From Octopus vulgaris (lineage: Eukaryota): a DNA stretch of 64,000 nt. Positions 41,048 to 54,183 of this stretch are shown here, one piece after another (within the stretch, counting starts at the first letter, position 1; each line of letters starts with the position of its first letter). The translations under genes and the position numbers were made by a program. The DNA is taken from the NCBI GenBank assembly GCA_951406725.2, contig OX597816.1, forward strand, positions 132,432,001 to 132,496,000, read 5' to 3'. Below the pieces are notes generated by a model. The model did no database searches. It had not been told where the DNA came from and saw nothing but the letters and a program-made list of their open reading frames with translations.

Positions 41048-41625
41048 AAAGGACTGACCACTAAAAGTGGACGGTCAACATGCTAGATATAGACGTCAAA
41101 TCGCTATTTTCCACAAAGAGTATGTTCTCAAATAAAAACTCAGCACAAACCAAACCATTAAAAATAAGCAAGACAAATGAAAATATACGAAATAAAAATG
41201 ATTTGAAAGATACACAAAAATATAATCGGTTGGACTCCATGCATGCGAGACTCCGGTCAAACGTTTTTGCATCTAGTCCTGCAAATTGTATTTCTGTATG
41301 ACAGACCATGCTGACGAGATTGCAGTTTATCCTTGCGGATATTAACAATCGAAACTGATCGGTACATGGGTAATCATTTTTATTTCGTATATTTTCATTT
41401 GTCTTGCTTATTTTTAATGCTTTGGTTTGTGCTGAGTTTTTATTTGAGAACATATTCTTTGTGGAAAATAGCGATTTGACGTCTATGTCTAGCATGTTGA
41501 CCGTCCACTTTTAGTGGTCAGTCCTTTAAATTTTGTATGTAAAAATATTTTAATCTTCGGATTTTTTTAATATGCTGGACCACTGGTTTTAATTGATTAA
41601 TATCAATTTCTACCCTTATTAAATT
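41048..41625 (+). mobile_element. Non-coding fold-back element carrying a hammerhead, inserted in (TA)n
   Basis: 156-bp arms (41048-41203 and 41372-41527) with 3 visible mismatches. The hammerhead lies in the spacer. Confidence 0.85.
41306..41369 (+). ncRNA. Type I hammerhead ribozyme motif, intact core
   Basis: Stem I CCATG/CATGG; CUGACGA at 41311-17; stem II GATTG/CAATC; GAAA at 41351-54; short stem III with palindromic GATC loop; cleavage triplet GUA at 41362-64. Confidence 0.85.
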
Positions 41626-41744
41626 ATATATATATATATATACAAGAACATTTATGTATTAACTTTGTTGGGTACTTCACTAGCAGTATATCGGATATAT
41701 GTTATCCCATAGAGGGTTGCATTTACAACCCCTATCTCAATTTG

Positions 41745-41816
<72 letters not shown>

Positions 41817-42019
41817 TATATGAGTTTGGATTGATATATTATCCGGGCAGATACCATATTAGCTCTCAGCTGAATTCTAGTTGACGGCTAACCACAATGA
41901 TCAGTATCCAAAGCCTGTGTCTATATTTAGTTGTTAGTCACTTCGTGAATTCTTCCGATGGGTAATTCCATGTATTCTACGCTGGAGGGTAAAAATCGTC
42001 TGGAGTATATATAAATATT

Positions 42020-42256
42020 GATAATGATAAAGAGTATGGAGACTTGAACATCCACAAAATTTATTTTATGGTTATATACACCATATTATAATGACCTACA
42101 CGTTTCCGCTCCAGCGACTACTCACAGATTGTAAGGTTGCATTTGCAACTTTGAGTAGTCGCTGCACCGGAAACATGTGTATGTCCTCATAATATGCTGT
42201 ATATAACTATAAAATAAATTCTGTGGGTGTACAGGTCTCATACTCTTTATTATTAT
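42020..42256. repeat. Imperfect ~235-bp palindrome between TA-rich tracts
   Basis: ataaagagtatg...cacgtttccg...cagcgactactca pairs with tgagtagtcgctg...cggaaac...catactctttat. Confidence 0.85.
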
Positions 42257-42259
42257 TAA

Positions 42260-42558
<299 letters not shown>

Positions 42559-43829
42559 GAGGTAGAGAAAGGTAAAGTGAAAGGGACTGGTAGAGAACGC
42601 TAAGTAGACAGACTTTCCAACAAATTTAAAGAAAAGAACAAAGATAGATATACAGGTTAACAGGCACAAATAATCATTTGTTTCCAGAGGCTTGGTGGTG
42701 TAATTCACGTGCGCTAGAAACAGAAAAATTTTGTAATTTAATGCTGTTAAGGTTACTAGCATACTCGGATTAAGCGTTAAGCAAAATAAGCAAAGTGAGC
42801 ACGTACTAAGGGCATTAAAGAAAGGGAGCACGACAGGTATCCTTTTCTAGTGACAAATTTATCATGGAACAACGGTGCCAGAAAAGTGATCTACAATAAA
42901 TGGGGTGGGGAAACAAAGTATTAATAATTGTTGATAATTTACTTACAAACTTAACAATTTTTGAATTTTTTTTTTGTGGTGCAGCTTTAATCGATTATAT
43001 CGATCCCATTGGTTTGTACTTTATTTTATAAACTCCCAAAACAACGAAAGGCATTGTTGACCTCAGTAAAATTTGAATACAAAGCGTAAACAGCCAGAAG
43101 AAATACTGCAAAGCATTTTTTCCAACTTTCTAACAATTCATGATTCTGCCACTTAGCCACCTTAATGATTCTGCCACCTAGCCACCTGAAGGAGCAGGGA
43201 GTCGGAATGGCCATGTCTTGAGCATTTTTGATTGTTTGTTCAACTGGCTCTGACCTGGGGCAAAACAGCAGTTACTTCTGGTACTAGATATGTTCCTTTC
43301 TCTAAGAAAGACCTTTCAATTGAGAAATTTTTTGCGCATAGCATCCAGTACAACACTTCTCAATCGATCTTCCACATCATCAGTCATAAAGATATACTTC
43401 CGGTCACAGAATTATTTTCCAGATAGGTGAATTCTTGAGTCTAAAGTAACTCTTATTGTCGTGGGTCTAAAATAAAAGTATTTGTACTTTTTATTCGTAT
43501 ATGTGGAGTAGACTTGACTTGTGTACAACCGAATGGATTATACAATGTCACAAAAGAATCATCAATATTGACAGACAATAGATAGTTGAATGTAGATGGC
43601 TTTAGTATCTAGTTCAATGCCTCATAGTTCTTACTTCAAATCTATGTTGAAGTCGATTTTATTTTTCTTTACTTCGCGAAGCCGATAAAAGTCAGCAACC
43701 AGCAACAGACCGAGATCAAACTAATTGAGTATCTTTTCATCATCAAATGTTTTACTTCAAAATCAACAAAAATAAAAGGGTAACTCAGATAGTTATATTT
43801 TATACATACATACATATATACATACATAC

Positions 43830-43860
<31 letters not shown>

Positions 43861-43960
43861 CATACATACATACATACATTCATACATACATACATACAAC
43901 ATACATACATACATTCATACATGCATACATACATACATACATACATACATACATACATTT

Positions 43961-44283
43961 AGAAGACTCCGCCGGTTACGACGACGAGGGTCCCAGCTGA
44001 TACGATCAACGGAACAGCTTGCTCGTGAAATTAACGTGCAAATGGCTGAGCATTCCACAGACACGTGTACCCTTAACGTAGTTCTCGGGGATAATCAGCG
44101 TGACACAGAGAGTGACAAGGCTGACACTTTGAAAATACAAGTACAACTCATTTTTGCCAGCTGAGTGGACTGGAGCAACGTGAAATAAAGTGTCTTGCTC
44201 AAGGACACAACGCGTCGCCGGGAATCGAACTCACAACCTTACGATCATGAGCCGAATGCCCTAACCACTAAGCCACGCGCCCT
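43961..44283 (-). mobile_element. Full-length tRNA-derived SINE (family A) inserted in (CATA)n
   Basis: The minus strand starts ggcgcgtggcttagtggttaggg (box A) ... gagttcgattccc (box B). (CATA)n flanks both sides. Confidence 0.85.
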
Positions 44284-44305
44284 CACACATACATACATAC
44301 ATACA

Positions 44306-44338
<33 letters not shown>

Positions 44339-45911
44339 CTGAGAAAAAACTACAAAAAGGCACTCAACTTGACGCCAGGGAAAGACACTATACATTATTA
44401 ATGTTTTCATTTGGAATTAATTACCTGGTTTCTCACCAGTACTATTGAAATCCTTGCTTTGATATCAAGCATCAAGGTTATAAGACATTTAGTTTCTGGG
44501 TAACCCACCAAATTATATCAGCAATTTATCTCGATTTTCACGACATTGTCCTACTTGATGCTTATTTTTTTTTTTTCAAATTTCTCACTCATATGTGAAA
44601 TCTCAGTAGTGAGTGGATAATCTGTTTAATATCTGTGTTGAAGTGTTCTCACTTTATATCTTGTTTCTAAGCATATATTTAAGTATTCCCTCGTCCCGCA
44701 AACTCGGAGAATGGAGCAGGTGAGAATAAAGGAAGCTAATGGTTTGATGTAGAAAAAAATTGCTTCACAGTACCTGGATGACATATTAGACTATCACAGG
44801 TTAAGTTTCTTAAGAATTAGTTTCTATTTATTAGCTAAAGTAAACTGAAAACCAATTGAGTTTTAATTGTCCAGCTAAGCAACATAAAATGATTGAAGGT
44901 ACAATAGACTCTAATAAACTGATATACATATAATTCGTGATACAGGCACTGCTTCCGGTATTTATTCTAGTTGTTTTTGCTCGACATTTCATTAATAAAG
45001 ATCGTGACGAATACTGTAACCAACGAGTGGAAAATAATTGCATCACAGCACCTGAGTTAAGTCTGATCTCTACTGGAAGTTAGCACAGTGCAGTTAAATA
45101 GCTGTGGTTAACTTTGTCGTTCATTACTCTCGGTGTTAAAAATATACCAGTGAGGTAACTCGAAAATATCTCGTTTTAACAAAAACAAAAAAAAACTTAT
45201 CTTGTCTGTCTAAAGAATCAATATTAGGGTCGTATAGCATGAGGTGTGTTCTCTACAAGTTGATTTTTTAACAATGCTTTAATCTCTGAAATGAGCCATT
45301 TCACATCACTTATTCCGTTGATGAATTTGGAAATTATATGAACGTTGTTAGTTCCCATCTCATTCTCCCTCTTCTGGAAAACTAATTTTATACAGCAGTC
45401 AGTGAACGCTCTGTTCAAGCTATTTAATTTCAAATACTGAGAAAAGCATGAATACCATGGCTTCTTTCATCTAGCCTAGAGTTGCATTTGGTCAAAATAC
45501 TCCAATAATGTTAGCATTTAAAAAAAAATCTATATATCTATTAAAAATAATTGTGCCTTTATTGTTCCTTTATCTTAGGAGGGTCATTATGCCAATCCAA
45601 AAACGAAATTTCTCTATTTTATTTTTTATATGACACATACAATACAAACCTACATAAAAATACAAATCTAAAACCGAAGAAAACACAAACATGGGCGAAA
45701 AAAAAAAAAGAAAAAGGAGAAAAAAAGAAGAAAGAAAGAAAAAGAAAGAAATAACATCAATTCAACACTAAGTGCCTCAATTGGTCGCACGCCACAAAGT
45801 TCAACGGAACCTACCGAAACAAACCAACACGCTTGCGACATAACCATGGGCGGTGGCGAGGCTAAGGCGTTGGAACAGCCAAGAAACCCCATGGGCATCA
45901 CCTGACACGTC

Positions 45912-46139
45912 GGAGCTGGCAGAAACGTTAGCACGCCGGGCAAAATGCGTAACCGTATTTCGTCTGCCGTTACGTTCTGAGTTACGTTCCGCCGAAGTAG
46001 ACTTTGCCTTTTATCCTTTCGGGGTCGATTAAATAAGTACCAGTTACACACTGGGGTCGATATAATCGACTTAATCCGTTTGTCTGTCCTTGTTTGTCCT
46101 CTCTGTGTTTAGCCCCTTGTGGGTAGTAAAGAAATAGAT
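45912..46139 (+). mobile_element. Family B SINE about 160 bp upstream of exon 3
   Basis: Reads gagctggcagaaacgttagcacgccgggc...agccccttgtgggtagtaaagaaatag. Confidence 0.8.
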
Positions 46140-46301
46140 ATTTAATCACTTTTGAAAAAGTAGTTCTAAATGTTAGTTAATTTGTCGTATGCTTTCTATG
46201 TCTAACTATTCCAAGTTGATAACGTTTTGATAGTTTTTGTATGATGGTAGACAATTATCAACAAATACATTTCTTTCACATGATATTCTTTTTTATTCTA
46301 G

Positions 46302-46441
46302 GATGTATGCAACACTCAAAGGGTCAGTATCTATTTATATACTGCCAGAAATGGAAGAAAACGTTTGTCAATATCTTGATCGAATTTGTTCAAAACCTAA
46401 GCCAGAAAGAAATCTTTTCGGACAACATATTTTTTCCCAGC
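46302..46441 (+). CDS. Coding exon 3 (CNB domain A beta-barrel)
   Basis: Acceptor ttttattctAG. Reads (A)MYATLKGSVSIYILPEMEENVCQYLDRICSKPKPERNLFGQHIFSQ+C. Donor GTAAGT at 46442, phase 2 to 1. Confidence 0.92.
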
Positions 46442-47544
46442 GTAAGTTTTATTATGCTCTTTATTTTGGGATGTTTAATGTCTTGAATCTGTGTGAATGT
46501 CTGTAACGTCGACAAAGAATTATAGATATCTATTTGCAACATATTTTATCTGTTAGTCTGGAGTCCAACGGGAAATGCCAATAAACTTTTAAAGGCCTCA
46601 TTGATGTGTGATAATGAGATCAATGTTTACTTTTATTCAAATGCAATAAATCATTGTAGACAAATAGACTGACGTTTTGAGTAATACTTTTCGGTAAAAG
46701 GAGGATTTGTTTTAATGGTTGTAGTAGTACTGAGAGAGTAATTTTGAAGTTTATGTGGATGAGGAAACAGATTCGCGAGAAGAATTAGTAGAGAGGAAAA
46801 TAGCCAAGTGTAAAGAGTGTTAATAGGAGGTCAAAGCCCAGAGTAGTAAAACAAAATGTGGACGACGGATGAGTAATATCCTAAACACGAGGATGTGTAT
46901 CAGTATGCGCATGTGCACATTAATATGAACGTTTGCGAATGTAAAAGATTGGAAGGAGTGTGGGAAACATATTAGAAAAAAGAAACTGTTATAGTTAGAG
47001 GTGTCAAACTCTTTTGATTCTGGGGGCTGGATGGGCAATGACTATTATTCCTAAAAACTCTTGGCCAAAGAAAATAAAGGGATTAAAATACATTATAACA
47101 AATTTATTGACATTAAAGAACAGAAAGAATATGTAATGGGCGTATGTGGTTCTCACGTCGGAGTTACTAATTGTAGCGTACAGATGAAAAGTTACTTGAT
47201 GTAGAAATGGAAATTCTTGTTCTGCGTCGGGGTCACTATATGTGGATGGTCGAAAGTAGGATGAGACAGCGTAATAACAACATCGAAGAGAAAAGTATAA
47301 TATTCGCAGATTTTATTTGCCTGCAGAAGTAGTCAGTATAACAAACATAGCCGTAATAGTTTTGGTGACAATCAATGTTGTTGCTCACGCGCTCTTAGTG
47401 TGTGTTGAAAACTGTGTGTGGAAGCCAAGTTAACGGTTGCTGACAGCGAGGAAAAAGGATAAGAATTGCGTTGTCCCTTTCCATTCGGCCGATGCTTTCG
47501 GTTAGCCAGATGAAAACTGAAGACAAAGAGACACACAGATAGAG

Positions 47545-47603
<59 letters not shown>

Positions 47604-49271
47604 TAGAGACAGACGGGCAAACAGACAGGCAGACAGAGATTCCATATTCTCAGTTAGTCGGTTGAAATCCAAAGAGAAAGAAGCAAATCCTTCAATCGGT
47701 TATATAAAGTTCGGCTAAGAAGTAGGCCAAACCGAAAACAATTGATTGACCTTTCCACGACCACCGAGCGTCTTCGGATGTCAGGTGTTTCTCATTAATC
47801 TCCTAGCATAGAGATAAAACACGAAGCATCAGATTTTCGTCTGACAAGCAACAGGTGTGTAGATTCGTTTTCGAACCTTCAGCTGCACTAGTCTACTCTC
47901 CGTAGAGAATTTCTAAAACCAAAAAAAAAAAAAAAAAAAAAAAAACCCGACGATCTAGGGAAAGAGAGTTAAAGGAAAATGCGTGTAGAGAAGGCCAAGA
48001 GAGTGCATGTTTACAAATATACAGGACGTGTGCGAGATTGGAGTGAATACGTAATGGTACAAAATATACAGTGTTTTCATTTCAGAACAGCCATGAATGA
48101 AAACAACTGTAGGAATGTACACTGTGCAAAAATGTGAAAAGAACATTAAGAGTTGTGAAAAGTATGAAGCATTTTGTTGCAGATGAATGTGATGCAAAGC
48201 CGAGAAAAATCGTAAATTTCAGGAGAGAGAATCATGTGGTCGTATTCGGGACAGGTACCTATTCGAGCGAGTCCGAATAGTTCAGTGTCGCTTTACATGC
48301 AAATTGTGGAGTCAGTGCATCACTGGGGCAGCGTTGAATGAGCGTGTGCATGAGTTGCATATACATGAGCGACAGAATTGTGCAGCTGCGAATGGAGCTG
48401 AGGCGAGTGAGTGAGTGCATTCTCAATCCATGATATGAGGTGAAAGTTTTCAGGCAGGTGTGCATGCAGTGAGAAATGTCTTGAAAGAAGTGCAGGGTCG
48501 AAATGAGCCTGGGGCTGTGGTTGTGGGCATTTGCTGTGTTTAAGCAAGAACTACGAAGCATAGCATGCTGGCGCATTGAGAGAGACAGGCAAACTTTCTC
48601 TTTGTCTACCATGACCGACCTGTAATCTTACAGAGGCAAATTATGTCTGAAAAGAAGGGCGCAGAGAGCATGATGAGACATCCGATGTGTGAAGAGTCAG
48701 GTAAAGGAGCTGAGCAGGTACAGACATGATGAAACAAGGCATTTAAGGCACAATACTGAGGTGCGTGTATGTAGCTGGGTGCAGGCATACAAGCATGTGC
48801 GTATGAACGTTGAATAGTACAGTAAAGTTTAACCGAGCTGCGAAACATTAAAAATATTTACAAGAAAACATGTAGCGAGAAAAAAAAAACATGTAATCGA
48901 AAGGAGTGTACAACCCGTGTGCATGAAAAATGAACATGTGGTCAGAGAGAAATACACTAAAAAAAAAAAAAGAACATTATAAAAATATATGCACATGGAT
49001 TAGTTGCTTTCGCAGAATGAGTCGTCGCGGAAATGAATTGTCGCAGAATTGAGTCATCGCGGTATTGAGTTATCATGGAAATGAGTGTATTACATGTAAA
49101 CAAATAAAAAGTTTTCAGAGCAGAAAACATAGCTGAAAGTCAGTCCTTTAGTTGCTATTCACAACCTTCTCAGTGACTTGTTCTCTTGCTCCAAGGTCTG
49201 CTCTGATACTCAGAAAAGTCGCGAATAGCGACGAAAGAACATTTGACTAACAAACAACCGATTGATAGTTT

Positions 49272-49782
49272 TTGTTGTGACCCCCTTCGGTCATGAATGA
49301 CCATGGAATTGCACCTAGAAAGTTAACCTCCGAGGCACAAGTCTGGGCAAGGTTGTTTATGGAAGACCAGCAGTCGCCCACGCATACCAGCCTCCTCTCT
49401 CCACAACACCGATGTTATCCAAGGGAAAGACAAAGGCCGATACAGCTTGGCACTAGTGATGTCGCAGCTCATTTATTAACGTGCAAGTGGCTGAACACTC
49501 CACAGACACGTGCACCCTTAACGTAGTTCTCGGGGAGATTCAGCGTGACACAGAGTGTGACAAGGCTGGCCCTTTGAAATACAGGTACAACAGAAACAGG
49601 AAGAGAGAATGAGAGAAAGTTGTGGTGAAAGAGTACAGCAGAGTTCACCACCACCTGCCGGAGCGTCGTGGAGCTTTAGGTGTTTTCGCTCAATAAACAC
49701 TCATAATGCCCGGTCTGGGAATCGAAACCGCGATCCTACGACCGCGAGTCCGCTGTCCTAACCACTGGGCCATTGCGCCTCC
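49272..49782 (-). mobile_element. Long composite tRNA-derived SINE
   Basis: Head ggaggcgcaatggcccagtggttaggg...ggtttcgattccc. The body shares segments with 43961-44283 and 6530-6680. Confidence 0.8.
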
Positions 49783-50711
49783 AGCACGTTAATCATACGA
49801 TCGATTAGTTAGTTTGTTAAATAATTAACTAATTGACTAACCGTGAAGAAGTTATATTGAACCAGTGCGTGTGTTATTATTATTGGCGTAATGACCCTCC
49901 TAAGACACTAGATAATTATAAGATTCTGCCAAAAACTTTAGCTAAGACAAACGAGTCAACTAATATTGTCTACCTGCATTTTTTTTTCATCTGACAAAAA
50001 CGAAATGCATTTTTGTCGTAGGTCATTAATTTAGGGTTAATTAAATCATCCAGTCTTTGTCAATTAAGCAATAGCCCCTTTGTCGTGTTCTACTTTGCTC
50101 TTCTCTTTATTTCTGTTTTCATTTATTTAATTTTCTATCTTTGTTTACTTTCTCCTCTTTCTTCTTTCCTTTGTGCATTGCCTTCATTCTACCCCTCAAT
50201 CTAGTTTACTTCCAAGTCGTGTGTCACTTTCTCCTTTTACTTTCTCAAAAGTGCCGAAGGAAGGATAAACTATCAATTTCACATGAACTCAACTCAAACT
50301 GCAGGTTACAACTTTATGCTTGTATTGCCATGTTCACCATGTTTTATGTTCGTAAAACGACAGGATCAAATATGTATTCGTCATAATATAATGCAATAAA
50401 TAATTTAAATGAGAAGTACGTAGAGTAATAAATAACAAAACAGGAGTGGGGAGTATGTGAGTTTGGATTTTAACACGATAACTTTCTTATAACTGAAGTG
50501 ATCATATGACGGCGGTTCCCAAACATTTTCTTCCCCCGCTGCGGACAAATTTCATGTAAACCAATTTTTTCCACCGACCTGAATATCACGCGCCGCTCAT
50601 TGAAAAACACAATAAAGTGCATAATAAATTATTTTAATTATTACTTGTGTGTGTTTGTGTGTGAGTGTGTTTGTGTGTGTGAGTGTGCATGTTTGTGTGC
50701 ATACACACATA

Positions 50712-50761
<50 letters not shown>

Positions 50762-50794
50762 CATACATACATACATATATATATTACCAATATG

Positions 50795-50873
<79 letters not shown>

Positions 50874-51019
50874 GAAGGTTTGGAAATGCAATTTTAAAAG
50901 ACCGGTTTGACTGTTTTAGAAAAAGATTGTCAAAAGTAAAATGTAAAAACTTTGTTGTGTTAAGTACTGGTTGTCACCAAATATTACAATACATATATAC
51001 ATTCTTTCATAAAAATAAG

Positions 51020-51305
51020 AAAATGTTAAAAACAGTTTGCAAGGAAACCTGCTGCTTTTTTTTGCCAAGATTTTGGCAAAATTTGATGCAAATTCTCTGC
51101 TCTACTTTCTCTGTCATGGTCAATGCGACGATCACATACTACACACCTTCCTTCCAAGCACGGCTGTAAACAGCGGAAGTGAGCTAGAACATTAAAACTT
51201 ACTGCGTGTGCACAACAGAGTTCAAGGCCAATCTGTGCCAAGCGGCTTCACTCTGCGTGCTTTTTCTATGGAAACAGTGCGATATTTATTGATCAGACCA
51301 CGCAT
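51020..51305. mobile_element. Right arm of the mariner-derived element seen at 54184-55079
   Basis: Collinear with 54790-55079. Confidence 0.8.
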
Positions 51306-51368
51306 ACATACATACATGCATACATACATACATACATACATACATACATACATACATACATACATACA

Positions 51369-51400
<32 letters not shown>

Positions 51401-51436
51401 CATGCATATATATGTGTGTGTGTGTGAGTGTGAGTG

Positions 51437-52250
51437 TATTTTTTCAATGTGTACAAATAACACGTAAAAAATAGATAAACGGTTACAGGGTACCAAAAAT
51501 TAACATAAGTGCCAAGGATATTACAGCCTACTTATAATGGTAGAAAGTCCAGGGTTTAGTGAAATGTTTTTGTTAACATTGATAAATTAAGAAATGGAGT
51601 TAAACGCAGCTGTTATTCAAATCTTTGTACTTCCGATATATGTTCCGAAGAAAACACTGATATTATTCCGGAGGGAATAAAATGATGTAAAGCAATGCAA
51701 TCACCTCGTCAGGAAAAGAAATAAATAGACCACTTTAACCGAATGTGATTACCGCGTATATGATGAAGGGGAACGCTGGCAAGTTATTTTTTAAAAAACA
51801 GTTGATAGATTTAACGTCAAAGTCAAGTTAGAGAAAGAGAAGGAAGAGAAAGAAAGAAATTAACAGAAAATTAAGAGCGGAAAAATATAGAGCGGTAGAT
51901 GAATGGGAATAAAATTTACTATATATATTTCCACGTTTTCAAACTTTATTCCCATTCATCTATCGCACTATATTTCTCCACTCTTCATTTCCTGATAATT
52001 TCTTTTTTTCTCCTCCTTCTCTTTCTCTAAATTGCCTTTGACATTAAATCTATTAACAGTTTTTAAAAAATAATAACTTGCCAGCGTAATCACTTTCAGT
52101 TAAAATGGCTTATTGATGTGTTTTGTCTCTCTTTTTTTTCACCCGACAAGATGATAGCATTGTTTTACATCATTTTAATCCCTCCAGAATAATATCAATG
52201 TTTTCTTCGAAACATATGTCGGAAATATAAAGATTTGAATAACACCTGCG
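51437..52250. mobile_element. Fold-back element with ~310-bp diverged arms, each holding a decayed hammerhead
   Basis: Arms at 51605-51917 and 51941-52250. The right arm is cut by a family B SINE at 52250. Confidence 0.8.
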
Positions 52251-52375
52251 AGGTCGACTTTGCCTCTCATCCTTTCGGGTTAATAAAATAAGTACCAGTT
52301 GAGAGTAATCTATTCATCTCCTTCCCCAAGTTTTCAGGTCTTGTGCCTATAGTAGAAACGATTCTTCTTCTTCTT

Positions 52376-52483
<108 letters not shown>

Positions 52484-52897
52484 TTCTGTCAACTTTAACA
52501 CACTGTCAACAGGATTTACTAGTAGGAGAACAACGATAAGCTACAGGTGGCGTATATATAAAATCACTATTATTTACCGTGATTTCATATCTACAAAATC
52601 TCAACTACGACATTTATAGAATGAGTTATCACCACGTCGCAGCTGATGGAGAATAGAAAAATAAATCAAGATATCTGAAAGTCAAAGATTCTAACACAAC
52701 ATTGCCATACTAATTATTTACTATGATTTGGCGATCTAGTTCTCTATTTTATGCCATTTTGTCGGCCGTACATTGCTTCGAGTCTTACAAAGTTAGACTG
52801 ATGTCAACCATTTAACTTCAAATATTTTTAGAAATTTCTAAGTTATTTCATCCTCAAAACTATAGTTTTTTTTTTTGATGAATGAATGAATGAAAAA

Positions 52898-53378
52898 TAC
52901 TGTGTAACATTTTTTTTTGTCTTTGGTCAGTAAGTGTTATTTTCTATTTGCTTCTACCAAGATATCAAAGGAAATGACTACTATTCCCTTCAAACTTTGT
53001 TTTTGTGACCTGGACATCAAGGTTTTGAAACTGACCTCTTTTCCATTACATTTCAGACAGATTCAGCACTGAGTTGCTGAAGCAGAAATATCATTATAGC
53101 AAATATTCTGCTCAATACCTCAGATTTGCTTGTCAGTTGCTTGACCATAATCACTTGAGCATGTTCCTTTGTGACTGACAATATGTGCATCTCTGATCAC
53201 GAGCAAGAGTAATGAGAGTGCATCATAGCCATGTGTTGAGAGGGATTCTTTGGAGTTTGAATAAATGTAAGAAAAGCAAAGTTTGAAGGAAATATTAACA
53301 ATTTTTCATAGTTTCTAGGAGTAAGCAAATAGGTAATAACAGTTGCTACCTAAGAACAAAAGATCCTGTTACAGAGTG
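52898..53378. mobile_element. Old MITE with an inserted repeat
   Basis: 52898-53003 is complementary to 53271-53378 (ttcccttcaaactttg / caaagtttgaaggaaa). Confidence 0.6.
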
Positions 53379-54183
53379 TAATCAAATTATCTCCTTATGT
53401 ATGTGGCAGAGTATTTTACGTGATGTAACCTATAAGCAGAATTAGTGTGACTGTTTATAACAAGGCTGGTCTTTTGATATGCTAGTGCAGTCCATCCGAT
53501 AGGCATTCGCCCAGTTTCTGTCAGCGCAATTTCACTTACAACGCTTAGGTCGACTCGGGGGGTATGGTAGAAGACGTTTGCACAAGGTACTGGGCAGTGG
53601 TACCTCACTGAGAAGCAAACGTCTTAAGTATTTGACCATACATCTATACATTTCTTTCTACTATAGGTACAGGGCTTGCAATTTTGAGGGAGGGGGGGTA
53701 ATCGTTTACTTCGTCCCGAGGATGCGATTTCTGGTGGTTTTCGGTACATGAGAAAAACCGGAGGCGGTGAAATTGGCTTTGCTTGTTCGTCCAGGTATCC
53801 CACGTAACTTGCAGTCAATATTCCTTAAATCACTAGCTGTCACAGTCTTGGAGGTCCCGCAATCGGATCGTTTCTTCTTTTGTGCTCATGCGGCTAAATG
53901 ATTCATTATGTCGATAAATGTTATAATATTATTATGGTTTTCTGTTAAATATATACTCAGCATATACTTAACATGTATCGTTACCCTTCATTTTCTGGAA
54001 AAATATAAATGTCTAGATGATGATGATGATGATGACAATGACTGATGATGATGAGGCGGAGGAATAGGAGGAGGAGGACGAGGACGATGACTTCGAGATT
54101 TTCTGTTGAAAGAAATGGTTTGCTAGCTACCAATTGTCAAAAGTTTTATGTTGTCATAAGTTTTATGTTTCTTTTATAGAATA

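Noticed and set aside
41061-41495. Two ORFs on opposite strands with nearly identical N-termini (MLDIDVKSLF...)
   Set aside because: This is a by-product of the 156-bp inverted repeat, and there are no protein motifs.
43961-44283. tRNA gene
   Set aside because: Box A/B are present, but the head runs into a multi-copy SINE body and I could not draw a complete cloverleaf.
54017-54092. Acidic D/E-rich coding stretch
   Set aside because: GAT/GAG trinucleotide repeat without splice signals or an open-frame context.
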